Shown in pieces: positions 52,286 through 62,469 of a DNA stretch of 64,000 bases. Each line of letters begins with the position of its first letter. Position 1 is the stretch's first letter. Source of the stretch: Leptolyngbyaceae cyanobacterium. Lineage in GTDB: Bacteria > Cyanobacteriota > Cyanobacteriia > Phormidesmidales > Phormidesmidaceae. Made by a program: the position numbers and the translations under genes. The stretch is taken from contig CBDHHL010000032.1 of assembly GCA_965263355.1 (NCBI GenBank), forward strand, positions 1,088,001 to 1,152,000, in the 5' to 3' direction. Below the pieces are notes generated by a model. That model saw nothing but the letters and a program-made list of their open reading frames with translations, was not told the DNA's origin and made no database searches.

Positions 52286-52864
52286 TTTCCCGCGACAGTA
52301 ATTGCGCTGCCTGTCTGCAATAGACTCAATAGGGCTACGCCTGATCAATCCTAGCGGTCTGGCGGTCAAGCTTAGTGATGAGATTCCTTGATTCGTAGTG
52401 TGGGTGAGAACACCCCTCAGTTTGTTACAGAGTTTAATAAAACTAAATATATAGAGATATTGATTGAAAGTCCTGACCATTAGTAGTGTTTATGGTCTGC
52501 ATTAGGAGAAGCAGGTTGATTTTTTGGGATTGTGTGTGGTTTTTATGGCTTATTGCTAAAAGCAAGGACTTGTATTGAGATTTGTTAATGTCCCCAGTGG
52601 TTGATGGCAGTTTTGTGCCAATGACTACCTTGTGACCCTTACCCTAAGAGGATTTCGGAGGTTGAATTATTGTTAACTCGACGCGGGATCGGTGAAGTGC
52701 CAAGTCTATAATGCTCAGGAGCAATCCTATAAATGGCGAGCCTTAACGTTTTTCATGGGGTAACATCTCAGTGGAAAATGTTTGCAATTGTTTCATTAAT
52801 GAAGCAGTTGCTGGCCTCAAGATTTTAGGCTGTTCGTTCTTTGTCTAGAGAGAGGAGAGTCTCC

Positions 52865-55132
52865 ATGACAACTACCCCGCGGGAGCGGGAGGCAGCAGTC
52901 AAGGTGGTAGTTGATGAAAATCCGGTACCTGTTTCTTTCGAGAAATGGGGTAAGCCGGGACATTTCAGCCGCGCCTTGGCTAAGGGACCCAAGACTACTA
53001 CCTGGATTTGGGATCTCCACGCCGACGCTCACGACTTTGATAGTCACACCAGTGACTTAGAGGACATTTCTCGTAAAATTTTTAGCGCTCACTTTGGTCA
53101 TTTGGCCATCGTGTTCATTTGGCTGAGTGGCATGTACTACCATGGCGCTCGGTTCTCTAACTTTGAAGCTTGGTTAGCAGACCCCGTTAATATTCATCCC
53201 AGTGCTCAGGTTGTTTGGCCTATCTTTGGTCAGGAAATCCTGAATGGTGAAGTGGGTGGTGGTTTCCAAGGTATTCAAATCACCTCTGGTTTATTCCAGA
53301 TGTGGAGAGCAGCTGGTTACACCAACTCCTTCCAGCTTTTGTGTACCGCCATCGGTGCATTGGTAATGGCTGGTTTGATGATTAATGCTGGTGTATTCCA
53401 CTACCACATTAAGGCTCCTAAGCTTGAGTGGTTCCAGAACGTGGAGTCCATGCTTAACCACCATTTGGCTGGTTTGTTTGGTCTAGGTTCTCTAGGTTGG
53501 GCTGGGCACCTGATCCACGTATCTCTGCCTGTTAACGCTCTACTAGATTCCGGGGTGGCTGCACAGGATATTCCTCTGCCCCACGAGTATCTATTTGATA
53601 AAGCGTTTATGGCGGACCTATTCCCTGGTTTTGCTCAAGGGATTACGCCATTCTTCACCCTGAATTGGGGTGTTTATGCTGACTTCTTGACCTTCAAGGG
53701 CGGTTTGAACCCTGTAACTGGCGGTCTCTGGATGACTGACATTGCGCACCACCATGTGGCGATCGCAGTGATGTTCATCTTTGCTGGTCATATGTACCGC
53801 ACTAACTGGGGTATTGGCCATAGCATTAAGGAGATTCTGGAAGGCCAGAAGGGCGATCCGTTGCTCTTCCCTGCTAAGAATGGCCATGATGGCTTGTTTG
53901 AGTTCTTGACCACATCCTGGCATGCTCAGCTAGCGATCAACTTGGCTATGGGTGGTTCGGTAACGATTATTGTGGCTCAGCATATGTATGCGATGCCTCC
54001 CTATCCATACCTAGCAACTGATTACCCAACTCAGCTGTGCCTGTTCACTCACCATATGTGGATTGGTGCCTTCATGATTGTGGGTGGTGCTGCTCACGGT
54101 GCGATCGCAATGGTTCGTGACTACGATCCGGCCATGCATGTTGACAACGTACTTGACCGCGTCCTACGCGCTCGTGATGCCATCATTTCTCACCTGAACT
54201 GGGTATGTATTTTCCTAGGCTTCCATAGCTTCGGACTATATATTCATAACGACACTATGCGTGCTTTGGGTCGTCCCCAAGACATGTTCTCTGACAGTGC
54301 GATTCAGTTACAGCCTATCTTTGCTCAATGGCTGCAGAACCTGCACACCCTAGCTGCTAGCGGTACCACTGCACCTAATGCAGTTGGCCCGACTAGTGTT
54401 GCTTTCGGTGGTGACATGGTTGTCGTTGGTGGCAAAGTGGCGATGATGCCGATTGCTCTTGGCACAGCTGATTTTATGGTGCATCACATCCATGCGTTCA
54501 CCATTCACGTAACTGTTCTAATCCTGCTCAAGGGTGTGCTTTATGCCCGTAACTCTCGCCTTATCCCTGATAAGAGCGAGTTGGGTTTCCGCTTCCCTTG
54601 TGACGGCCCCGGTCGTGGTGGTACTTGCCAGGTATCTGGTTGGGACCACGTTTTCCTAGGCCTGTTCTGGATGTACAACTCCCTATCCATTGTGATTTTC
54701 CACTTCAGCTGGAAGATGCAATCAGATGTATGGGGCACGGTTTCCGGCGATTATGTGGCTCATCCTGCTGGTGGTAACTTCGCAACTAGTGCGATTACTA
54801 TCAACGGTTGGCTACGTGACTTCCTGTGGGGTCAGGCTGCACAGGTAATCAACTCCTATGGCTCGGCTATTTCGGCCTACGGTTTGATGTTCCTAGCTGG
54901 TCACTTTATCTGGGCATTTAGCCTGATGTTCCTGTTCAGTGGCCGTGGCTACTGGCAAGAGCTGATCGAGTCCATCGTTTGGGCTCATAATAAGCTCAAG
55001 GTCGCTCCTGCAATTCAGCCTCGCGCATTGAGTATTACTCAGGGTCGTGCGGTTGGTGTCGCTCACTACCTCCTTGGCGGTATTGTGGTGACTTGGGCGT
55101 TCTTCCATGCTCGAATTCTCTCGATAGGTTAG
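52865..55132 (+). CDS. psaA: photosystem I P700 apoprotein A1
   Basis: RBS GAGGAG before ATG 52865; [44 protein letters not shown]. Confidence 0.99.
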   Translation: MTTTPREREAAVKVVVDENPVPVSFEKWGKPGHFSRALAKGPKTTTWIWDLHADAHDFDSHTSDLEDISRKIFSAHFGHLAIVFIWLSGMYYHGARFSNFEAWLADPVNIHPSAQVVWPIFGQEILNGEVGGGFQGIQITSGLFQMWRAAGYTNSFQLLCTAIGALVMAGLMINAGVFHYHIKAPKLEWFQNVESMLNHHLAGLFGLGSLGWAGHLIHVSLPVNALLDSGVAAQDIPLPHEYLFDKAFMADLFPGFAQGITPFFTLNWGVYADFLTFKGGLNPVTGGLWMTDIAHHHVAIAVMFIFAGHMYRTNWGIGHSIKEILEGQKGDPLLFPAKNGHDGLFEFLTTSWHAQLAINLAMGGSVTIIVAQHMYAMPPYPYLATDYPTQLCLFTHHMWIGAFMIVGGAAHGAIAMVRDYDPAMHVDNVLDRVLRARDAIISHLNWVCIFLGFHSFGLYIHNDTMRALGRPQDMFSDSAIQLQPIFAQWLQNLHTLAASGTTAPNAVGPTSVAFGGDMVVVGGKVAMMPIALGTADFMVHHIHAFTIHVTVLILLKGVLYARNSRLIPDKSELGFRFPCDGPGRGGTCQVSGWDHVFLGLFWMYNSLSIVIFHFSWKMQSDVWGTVSGDYVAHPAGGNFATSAITINGWLRDFLWGQAAQVINSYGSAISAYGLMFLAGHFIWAFSLMFLFSGRGYWQELIESIVWAHNKLKVAPAIQPRALSITQGRAVGVAHYLLGGIVVTWAFFHARILSIG

Positions 55133-55155
55133 CGGGGAGGACTTAATAGAACACT

Positions 55156-57369
55156 ATGGCAACTAAATTTCCAAAATTTAGCCAAGACCTTGCACAAGAT
55201 CCAACTACGCGTCGGATCTGGTACGGGATTGCTACTTCCCATGACTTTGAAAGCCACGATGGCATGACGGAGGAAAATCTTTATCAAAAGATTTTTGCTT
55301 CTCACTTTGGCCATTTGGCGATTATCTTCCTTTGGGTATCCGGCAACCTGTTCCATGTTGCTTGGCAAGGTAACTTTGAGCAGTGGGTCGCCGACCCCCT
55401 CGGAACTAAGCCAATCGCCCATGCGATTTGGGATCCTCACTTTGGCCAGAATGCGGTGGATGCGTTCACCCAGGCTGGTGCTACTGGCCCCGTTAACGTT
55501 GCGTTTTCTGGGGTTTACCACTGGTGGTACACCATTGGTATGCGGACAAACGGTGACCTTTATTCAGGTTCCTTGTTCTTACTTGTGCTGTCTGCCATCT
55601 TCCTACTTGCAGGTTGGTTGCACCTACAGCCCAAGTTCCGTCCCAGCTTGTCCTGGTTCAAGAATGCTGAGTCTCGCCTAAACCACCACTTGGCTGGTTT
55701 GTTTGGTGTAAGTTCCTTAGCTTGGACTGGTCACCTGGTGCACGTTGCAATTCCTGAGTCCCGCGGTCAGCATGTTGGTTGGGATAACTTCCTAACTGTG
55801 ATGCCTCACCCCGCTGGATTGGCTCCTTTCTTCTCTGGAAACTGGGGTGTATATGCTCAGAATCCTGACACTGTGAATCATGTGTTTGGTACGTCTGAGG
55901 GTTCGGGTACTGCAATTCTGACCTTCTTAGGTGGTTTCCATCCTCAGACTGAGTCTTTATGGCTCACTGATATGGCGCACCATCACCTGGCCATTGCGGT
56001 AATCTTCATCATTGCTGGTCACATGTACCGGACTAACTTCGGTATTGGTCACAGCATTAAGGAGATCCTCAATGCTCATACCACTCCGGCAGGGACGCCT
56101 GGTGATTTGGGTGAAGGTCATAAGGGGATGTTTGAGACTCTCAACAACTCCTTGCACTTTCAGCTAGGTTTGGCTCTTGCCTCTTTGGGTGTAATAACGT
56201 CTCTAGTTGCTCAGCACATGTATGCGTTGCCTCCTTATGCATTTATGTCTAAGGACTACACCACCATGGCTGCGCTTTATACTCATCACCAGTACATTGC
56301 TGGCTTTATCATGATGGGTGCCTTTGCCCACGGTGCGATCTTCTTGATTCGTGACTACGATCCTGCTGCGAATGCTAACAACGTATTGGCTCGCATCATT
56401 GATCATAAGGAAGCGATCATTTCTCACCTGAGCTGGGTAACTCTGTTCCTTGGTTTCCATACTTTGGGTCTCTATGTACACAACGATGTTGTAGTTGCCT
56501 TTGGTACTCCTGAGAAACAAATCCTGGTTGAGCCTGTCTTTGCACAGTGGGTTCAGGCTGCCTCTGGTAAGGCCCTTTATGGCTTTGATACTCTGCTTTC
56601 CAATGCTGACAGTCTAGCTACTGGTGCTGCTAGTGGTATCTGGTTGCCTGGTTGGTTTGAAGCTATCAACAGCGGTACTAACTCTCTGTTCTTGACCATT
56701 GGTCCTGGTGACTTCCTGGTTCACCATGCAATTGCCCTGGGTCTTCATACCACTACCTTGATTTTGGTCAAGGGTGCGTTGGATGCCCGTGGTTCCAAGC
56801 TAATGCCCGATAAGAAAGACTTCGGCTATAGCTTCCCTTGTGATGGCCCCGGTCGTGGCGGTACTTGTGACATCTCTGCATGGGATGCCTTCTACCTAGC
56901 CATGTTCTGGATGCTTAACACGATTGCTTGGTTGACTTTCTACTGGCACTGGAAGCATCTGGCTATTTGGTCTGGTAACGTAGCGCAGTTTAATGAAAGC
57001 TCTACTTACCTGATGGGTTGGTTCCGCGATTATTTGTGGCTCAACTCTGCCCAGTTGATCAATGGCTATAATGCCTACGGCATGAACAACATCTCCGTAT
57101 GGGCATGGATGTTCTTGTTCGCTCACCTGGTTTGGGCAACTGGTTTCATGTTCCTAATCTCCTGGCGTGGTTACTGGCAGGAGCTTATCGAGACCATCGT
57201 ATGGGCTCATGAGCGCACTCCTCTAGCTAACCTGATCAGCTGGAAGGATAAGCCCGTTGCACTATCCATCGTTCAGGCTCGTTTGGTTGGTCTAACTCAC
57301 TTTACTGTGGGCTTTGTCCTCACCTACGCGGCCTTCCTGATAGCATCAACGTCTAGCCGATTTGGATAG
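55156..57369 (+). CDS. psaB: photosystem I P700 apoprotein A2
   Basis: [49 protein letters not shown]. Confidence 0.99.
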   Translation: MATKFPKFSQDLAQDPTTRRIWYGIATSHDFESHDGMTEENLYQKIFASHFGHLAIIFLWVSGNLFHVAWQGNFEQWVADPLGTKPIAHAIWDPHFGQNAVDAFTQAGATGPVNVAFSGVYHWWYTIGMRTNGDLYSGSLFLLVLSAIFLLAGWLHLQPKFRPSLSWFKNAESRLNHHLAGLFGVSSLAWTGHLVHVAIPESRGQHVGWDNFLTVMPHPAGLAPFFSGNWGVYAQNPDTVNHVFGTSEGSGTAILTFLGGFHPQTESLWLTDMAHHHLAIAVIFIIAGHMYRTNFGIGHSIKEILNAHTTPAGTPGDLGEGHKGMFETLNNSLHFQLGLALASLGVITSLVAQHMYALPPYAFMSKDYTTMAALYTHHQYIAGFIMMGAFAHGAIFLIRDYDPAANANNVLARIIDHKEAIISHLSWVTLFLGFHTLGLYVHNDVVVAFGTPEKQILVEPVFAQWVQAASGKALYGFDTLLSNADSLATGAASGIWLPGWFEAINSGTNSLFLTIGPGDFLVHHAIALGLHTTTLILVKGALDARGSKLMPDKKDFGYSFPCDGPGRGGTCDISAWDAFYLAMFWMLNTIAWLTFYWHWKHLAIWSGNVAQFNESSTYLMGWFRDYLWLNSAQLINGYNAYGMNNISVWAWMFLFAHLVWATGFMFLISWRGYWQELIETIVWAHERTPLANLISWKDKPVALSIVQARLVGLTHFTVGFVLTYAAFLIASTSSRFG

Positions 57370-57395
57370 CGTTTGATTGCCTCCTTAGGAGAATG

Positions 57396-57429
57396 AAAAA
57401 AGCCCTTCAGCAAGCCTGAAGGGCTTTTT
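57396..57429 (+). terminator. psaAB intrinsic terminator
   Basis: AAAAAAGCCCTTCAG-CAAGC-CTGAAGGGCTTTTT. Confidence 0.88.
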
Positions 57430-57592
57430 GTTTACTAAGCTTTTTTGATAGTGGAGAATACTGGGAAATATATACCAACCTCTTAAAACAGAATTTTGCA
57501 TGGATGGTTAATTTTTTATTTTGGAATCTAAATAAAAAAAGCTTGCAAAAGGAGCTTGCAAGTTTAGTTCATATATATGATGTGGATATCTT

Positions 57593-58084
57593 GAAAATCA
57601 AATCCTTGAGCTTCACCTCTCCAATCGTTTGCCAGTACTCTGTTCTTAAGGTTTGGACTCGGTCGGTGTGACGCTCGCTGGCGTGCAGTGTTTTTTTTTG
57701 CGGGTTAACCCCAAGGTTTGAGTAATTCGTCCCATCGTTGACCGGCTCACCCACACGGCTTCTTGCTTATCAACTAACACCTGAAGTTCTTCCAAGGTAG
57801 CATCATTGTTGGCTTCAATCAGGGTCTTAACCCGCTCTCGTTGCTCGGCATTCAGCAGGGGAGGATGACCACCACCATGCGCTTTCGGTTCAATCCCTTC
57901 ACCCTGACGCCATCGTTTGAGTAATCGTTGGACGCTGCTCAAACTGACTTGAAAGCGCTTGGCTAACTGACGTTGAGACATCCCTTCGTCTGTGTGAACG
58001 TCAATAATGCGCTGGCGTAAATCAAGAGAAAGAGGCTTCATTGGAATACGAATCAGTAGTGGTTTTAGGGGTCCTGATATTGTA
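57593..58084 (-). mobile_element. truncated IS630-family element (HTH orf, A9 frameshift site, DDE domain lost)
   Basis: MKPLSLDLRQRII (ATG 58041)...NDATLEEL...VSRSTMGR...LTRKK then A9 run (57691-57699) into KKTLHASERHTDRVQTLRTEYW...DLIF, where similarity stops; left end TA|CAATATCAGG at 58084. Confidence 0.88.
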
Positions 58085-58269
58085 TTCAAAGCAAGCAGGA
58101 AACGCTATATAGAGCAGGATTCGCAGCCCAATCACTGTAAAAAGTCCTTTGATAGCTAGCACTACGCAAAATGCAAGAATGAGTACGGAGGCCCACGAAA
58201 GATATTCGCAGTAGTTGAGTTTCTCGGTACTCAAAAAGTGTCTTAGCTTGTGTTGGAGAGAATCCAGAG

Positions 58270-61017
58270 ATGGACGCACAGTCTTCAGGTCAACGCCAAG
58301 AAGCACCCGATTATGATCCTGAGAAAGCTAACGGTTGTTTTTGGGGCGGGGTTGCGATCGCATTCACCCTACTCGGCACAGTTATAGTTGCCTACAATTC
58401 CACCGTAGAAGCCGAGTACCGCACGCGTCTTAGCGAAATAGAGAAAAAAAGTATAGCAGCCCTACGGTTGTTTGAAACCGACCAGACCCAGGCTTTATTG
58501 GCCGCTTTAGAGGCCGGTCAGCAATTGCAAACTGTAGTCAATGAAAACGCCGATCGCCTAAGTCCAGACAACTTACGTGATGGCAAACTTCCCTTAGAAC
58601 AGTACCCCACACTCAGCCCGATTACCGCCCTAGACAAAATTTTGCGCCAGATTCAGGAACAGCCTATTGCCGGTAATCCTCAGCAACAGTTAAATAACAT
58701 GGCTGAGGTTCGCTGGCAAAGTGATGGACAATTCCTAGCCGCATTTGATGACGAACAACGGGTACTTGCATTTTGGCAGGCAGATGGCACCCCCGTACCA
58801 GTCATAGGAAGCCCACCCCAGGGTAGTGAAATAGTGTGGGAGCATGGACGGCAGGTTGAGGTGACCAGTTTTTTGGATGTCATTAATATCTGGAATCGTG
58901 GCGCTTCTCCAATTGCCTTTAAACGGACTGGTCGGTCGATGGGCACTGCGATTGTTGTCAGGTGGAGTCCTGATGGCCAGACATTAGCCATCTTTGGCAA
59001 ACGAGATGGCTTTGTTGGACTTTGGAACCGTGATGAGTCTTTTCTGAAAATCATCGAGGCATATCCAGAAGATGTGCTTCGATTAGCTTGGCAGGAAAAT
59101 AGTCAAACCTTTGTAACCACGGGTAGCGATGGCGTTATAAAACAGTGGCAGCGTGACGGGTCCCCAACGGCGATGCCTATCCTCTATCAAGGCAATAGTA
59201 AGGTTATTTGGGGAGATGGCGATCCATGGAAAAATGAGGCTGCGCCCGCCTTTGTAACTATCGAAGCAGAGGGCATTGTACAGCTTTGGCAGGGAGGTAG
59301 GCCTAAAGCGACTATCAGCACAAGCCATGATCCAAACACTATACGCAAGAGTCTTATATGGAGCCCTAATGGTGAAAAATTAGCCATCCTGGTCCGAGAT
59401 GGCACACTACAAATATGGCATCGTGATGGCTCTCTGTTGGCTACCCTCGAAACGAACCATACTTCAGAAAGTATTGACGATCGTCTCCTCTGGAGCCCTG
59501 ACAGTGAACAGTTAGCTATCCTCAACGCAGCGGCTAAGACGCAGCCCGGTCAGGGAGAAGAAACCGATGATGTCATACGACTATGGTCAGGGCGAGGTGC
59601 TCCCATTAAGACTATCCGTCAGGCGAGAACTTTTAGTATGCGATGGAGCCCAGACAGTGAGATTTTGGCCCTAGGTAGTGATACTGGTAGCCTTACACTC
59701 TGGAGCGGTGACGATGCTTCGTTGTTAAAACGCTTTGACAAGAGTTTTGGAACTATCCTCGATATTGGCTGGAGTTCAGATGAACAAATCTTATTGACTC
59801 GCGATCGCCAAGCCGTAAGGATTTGGACCCGTAAAGGACAATTAGTCGAGACCATGAGCTACGATAGCTCTCTTTCTTCGTATACCCCTTTTCGTGACGT
59901 TATTTGGGATGAACATCAACAGATTCTGGCGTTTCCCAATGCGTTTGAAAGAGACGTGATGCTATGGCATCAACAGAGACCTGCGATGACTGAATTCGCA
60001 ACTCAACAGCCTTTGGATCTCGGCATTAGCTGGAGTCCACCTGACGTTAGCTGGAGTCCAGATGACCAAACCCTGGCAACAGGAGGAGCAGATGGCACAG
60101 TCAAGCTGTGGAATCCTGATGGCATCTTACTGCGAACTATCGATGCCCATGAAAAGGCTGTTTGGAGTATTAGCTGGCGGAGCGATGGCCAGATTCTTGC
60201 AACCGGGGGAGCAGATCGCACCATTAAACTTTGGCAACCTGACGGTTCTCTAATCCGTACTATTAACCTCCGCACAGGGAATATCCCGATTGAAGTTGCC
60301 TGGAGTCAAGATAATAAACGACTGATTGCTGCCACCGGTCGTGCTTCACCTTCTACATGGGGAAATCGTAGTTTTTTCTCTGTTTGGCAAACCGATGGTT
60401 CCTTAGTGGCCAGCAGTTTTCAAGAACCGTTACGGTCAGATGCTACTGAGCAGGAATCTCAAGAGTATTGGCAGAGAGATAAAGAACTTTGGCAGTATTT
60501 TCGTAGTATTAAGCTTTATCAGCCCCATAGACTTAATTTTGACCCGACTACTGCCAAGGTTTGGACTGACGATGCCCAGGCAACAGCGACGTGCCGTAGC
60601 TTGATTAGGTGCGACATGATTAAGTTTATCCATGGAGATAACCCTCCGATAAATGTCCCTAGTGCTCATGTCGACTTAATCAGTGCCATGGTGTGGAATC
60701 ATGCTGGCGATATTTTAGCAACGGCCAGTCGCGCAGATGGTTTAGTTAAGCTGTGGAGTCGGAATGGTGACCTGATCAGGTCGTTTCAGGCCTATAGATA
60801 TGGTGGTTTGGAGCGCATTAGTTGGAGTTCAGATGGGCAAACATTAGCTACCGTAAATGCCGATGGTTTGATAAGGCTATGGCCGGTCCAGGGTCTTGAC
60901 AGTCTGTTATCACAAGGGTGCGATTGGTTAAATGGTTACCTGATTGGCAAGCCTGATCGATTGCAGGATTTGCCCGTGTGTCAAACAGCTGAGCGGACAC
61001 GATCAGCTGGTGTATGA
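58270..61017 (+). CDS. membrane-anchored WD40 repeat protein
   Basis: N-terminal TM then many WSPDG...LATGGADGTVKLW repeats; ends LDSLLSQGCDWLNGYL. Confidence 0.9.
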   Translation: MDAQSSGQRQEAPDYDPEKANGCFWGGVAIAFTLLGTVIVAYNSTVEAEYRTRLSEIEKKSIAALRLFETDQTQALLAALEAGQQLQTVVNENADRLSPDNLRDGKLPLEQYPTLSPITALDKILRQIQEQPIAGNPQQQLNNMAEVRWQSDGQFLAAFDDEQRVLAFWQADGTPVPVIGSPPQGSEIVWEHGRQVEVTSFLDVINIWNRGASPIAFKRTGRSMGTAIVVRWSPDGQTLAIFGKRDGFVGLWNRDESFLKIIEAYPEDVLRLAWQENSQTFVTTGSDGVIKQWQRDGSPTAMPILYQGNSKVIWGDGDPWKNEAAPAFVTIEAEGIVQLWQGGRPKATISTSHDPNTIRKSLIWSPNGEKLAILVRDGTLQIWHRDGSLLATLETNHTSESIDDRLLWSPDSEQLAILNAAAKTQPGQGEETDDVIRLWSGRGAPIKTIRQARTFSMRWSPDSEILALGSDTGSLTLWSGDDASLLKRFDKSFGTILDIGWSSDEQILLTRDRQAVRIWTRKGQLVETMSYDSSLSSYTPFRDVIWDEHQQILAFPNAFERDVMLWHQQRPAMTEFATQQPLDLGISWSPPDVSWSPDDQTLATGGADGTVKLWNPDGILLRTIDAHEKAVWSISWRSDGQILATGGADRTIKLWQPDGSLIRTINLRTGNIPIEVAWSQDNKRLIAATGRASPSTWGNRSFFSVWQTDGSLVASSFQEPLRSDATEQESQEYWQRDKELWQYFRSIKLYQPHRLNFDPTTAKVWTDDAQATATCRSLIRCDMIKFIHGDNPPINVPSAHVDLISAMVWNHAGDILATASRADGLVKLWSRNGDLIRSFQAYRYGGLERISWSSDGQTLATVNADGLIRLWPVQGLDSLLSQGCDWLNGYLIGKPDRLQDLPVCQTAERTRSAGV

Positions 61018-61154
61018 AGGGAAAATACTAGCTGCCAATGCACACCTGAGATCGCATGTCGACATGCTTGAAAAATATAGCGGAATGTGCCCAGGACTGA
61101 GTTTTGCTGTGCGATCGCCAGCATCACAGTCTTTAAGTCGGTGAGCATAAAACT

Positions 61155-61259
61155 CTAAAGTGCTTCTGGATCAACTCCCAGCTCTTTTAACTCTTCCGCT
61201 AATCGATTAGCCCTAGCTTGTGCTTGTTCAGCTTTAGCCCAGCGGAGGAAGGCAGGCAC
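61155..61259 (-). pseudogene. remnant of a Uma2-family C-terminal tail
   Basis: VPAFLRWAKAEQAQARANRLAEELKELGVDPEAL*; the RLAxxLxELGxDP tail is typical of cyanobacterial Uma2 proteins. Confidence 0.55.
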
Positions 61260-61711
61260 TGTTGTTTGGGGTCGTAGTGTAAAACCACTGGCTGTTATTG
61301 GACTAGACCGATAATAGAACTATTGTAATGTGATACCTATTAGAACGTTTTGCGCTCAACTTAAGCCCATTTGGGTTTGCTAAGTTGCAATTGTTTGACA
61401 CAACCAGGGTATTTGCATCCTTATGCAATGGCCTTAGCTGTTTTGTGTATCTTTCCATGAAACCAGCGGCTTAGGATTTTTATAGAGTGTTTGTTGAATT
61501 GGTTAGCGATCGCAAATATTCAACGTTGAATAGATTTCTGGTAACGGGATAAATGACTATTCGTGGTCACATTCTGTACGCACCCGCCACATATAAAAGT
61601 AGACATTATGTTACTTAAGGTTGGCACTGAGCCTAATCCTCAGGTATCGTCGCAGACGAACTGACGAGTCAATCAGTTGTTATCGACAACACATTTTTAA
61701 ATGTGACATCT

Positions 61712-62428
61712 ATGCTGTTTGCGATCGAAAACCTACCCTATTGGATTTTTTTAGGTACAGGAGCATTGTTGTTTGCCGTAGTCATTGCATCTGGTGGTGG
61801 CGACGACGGAGATGCAGATATCGATACGGATATTGACACGCCAGATCTCAGCTTTGACGATTTGTCTGGAGATTATTCCGGTGACGATATTGCCGATGGT
61901 GATGACGCTGCTGGCTCACTGAGCATGTTGCGTTGGCTTGGGTTTGGGCGAGTGCCGATCATCTTGCTGCTGGCCCTAGACCTATGTCTGTGGGGACTAT
62001 TTGGCTGGCTAGCGAATGTGTTGTTCTATAGCATTCTGGCTCCCATTCTATCGGGTATGGTCGGCGGTGTAATTTTTCTGGGTTCTATGGTGTTCGCCCT
62101 GGTGTCAGGAGGAAAAATTTCGGATCCCATTGGAAAAATATTCGCTTCCTTTGGGGAGAATGCTTCTGCTGATCGGTTGATCGGCTGTGTGGGTACAGTG
62201 AGTTCTGCCCAGGTACATGATGTCTCTACCGGTAGGATTGCCCAAGTGGATGTGCTAGATCCTGCCAAAAATCTTGTGGCGGTGAATGCGGTACTTCCTG
62301 AATGGGGCCGTGTACAACCTAAAATCGGTGACAAAGTACTGGTGATTGAACGACCAGAAAAATGTAATTTTTACTTTGTCATTGCTAAAAATAGTGTCGA
62401 TGAAGAACATTGGTTTTCATCTCGCTAA
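61712..62428 (+). CDS. YqiJ/NfeD-like membrane OB-fold protein (flotillin partner)
   Basis: TM, Asp-rich loop, WLGFGRVPIILLL, C-terminal OB-fold; directly upstream of a flotillin gene. Confidence 0.8.
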   Translation: MLFAIENLPYWIFLGTGALLFAVVIASGGGDDGDADIDTDIDTPDLSFDDLSGDYSGDDIADGDDAAGSLSMLRWLGFGRVPIILLLALDLCLWGLFGWLANVLFYSILAPILSGMVGGVIFLGSMVFALVSGGKISDPIGKIFASFGENASADRLIGCVGTVSSAQVHDVSTGRIAQVDVLDPAKNLVAVNAVLPEWGRVQPKIGDKVLVIERPEKCNFYFVIAKNSVDEEHWFSSR

Positions 62429-62469
62429 TGTCTGCTTGTTCTATTTACTTTTGATTAGAGGTTTCCCTG

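Noticed and set aside
52865..57369. Far-red (FaRLiP) psaA2/psaB2
   Set aside because: Normal lengths, no large insertions, and no neighbouring far-red cluster genes.
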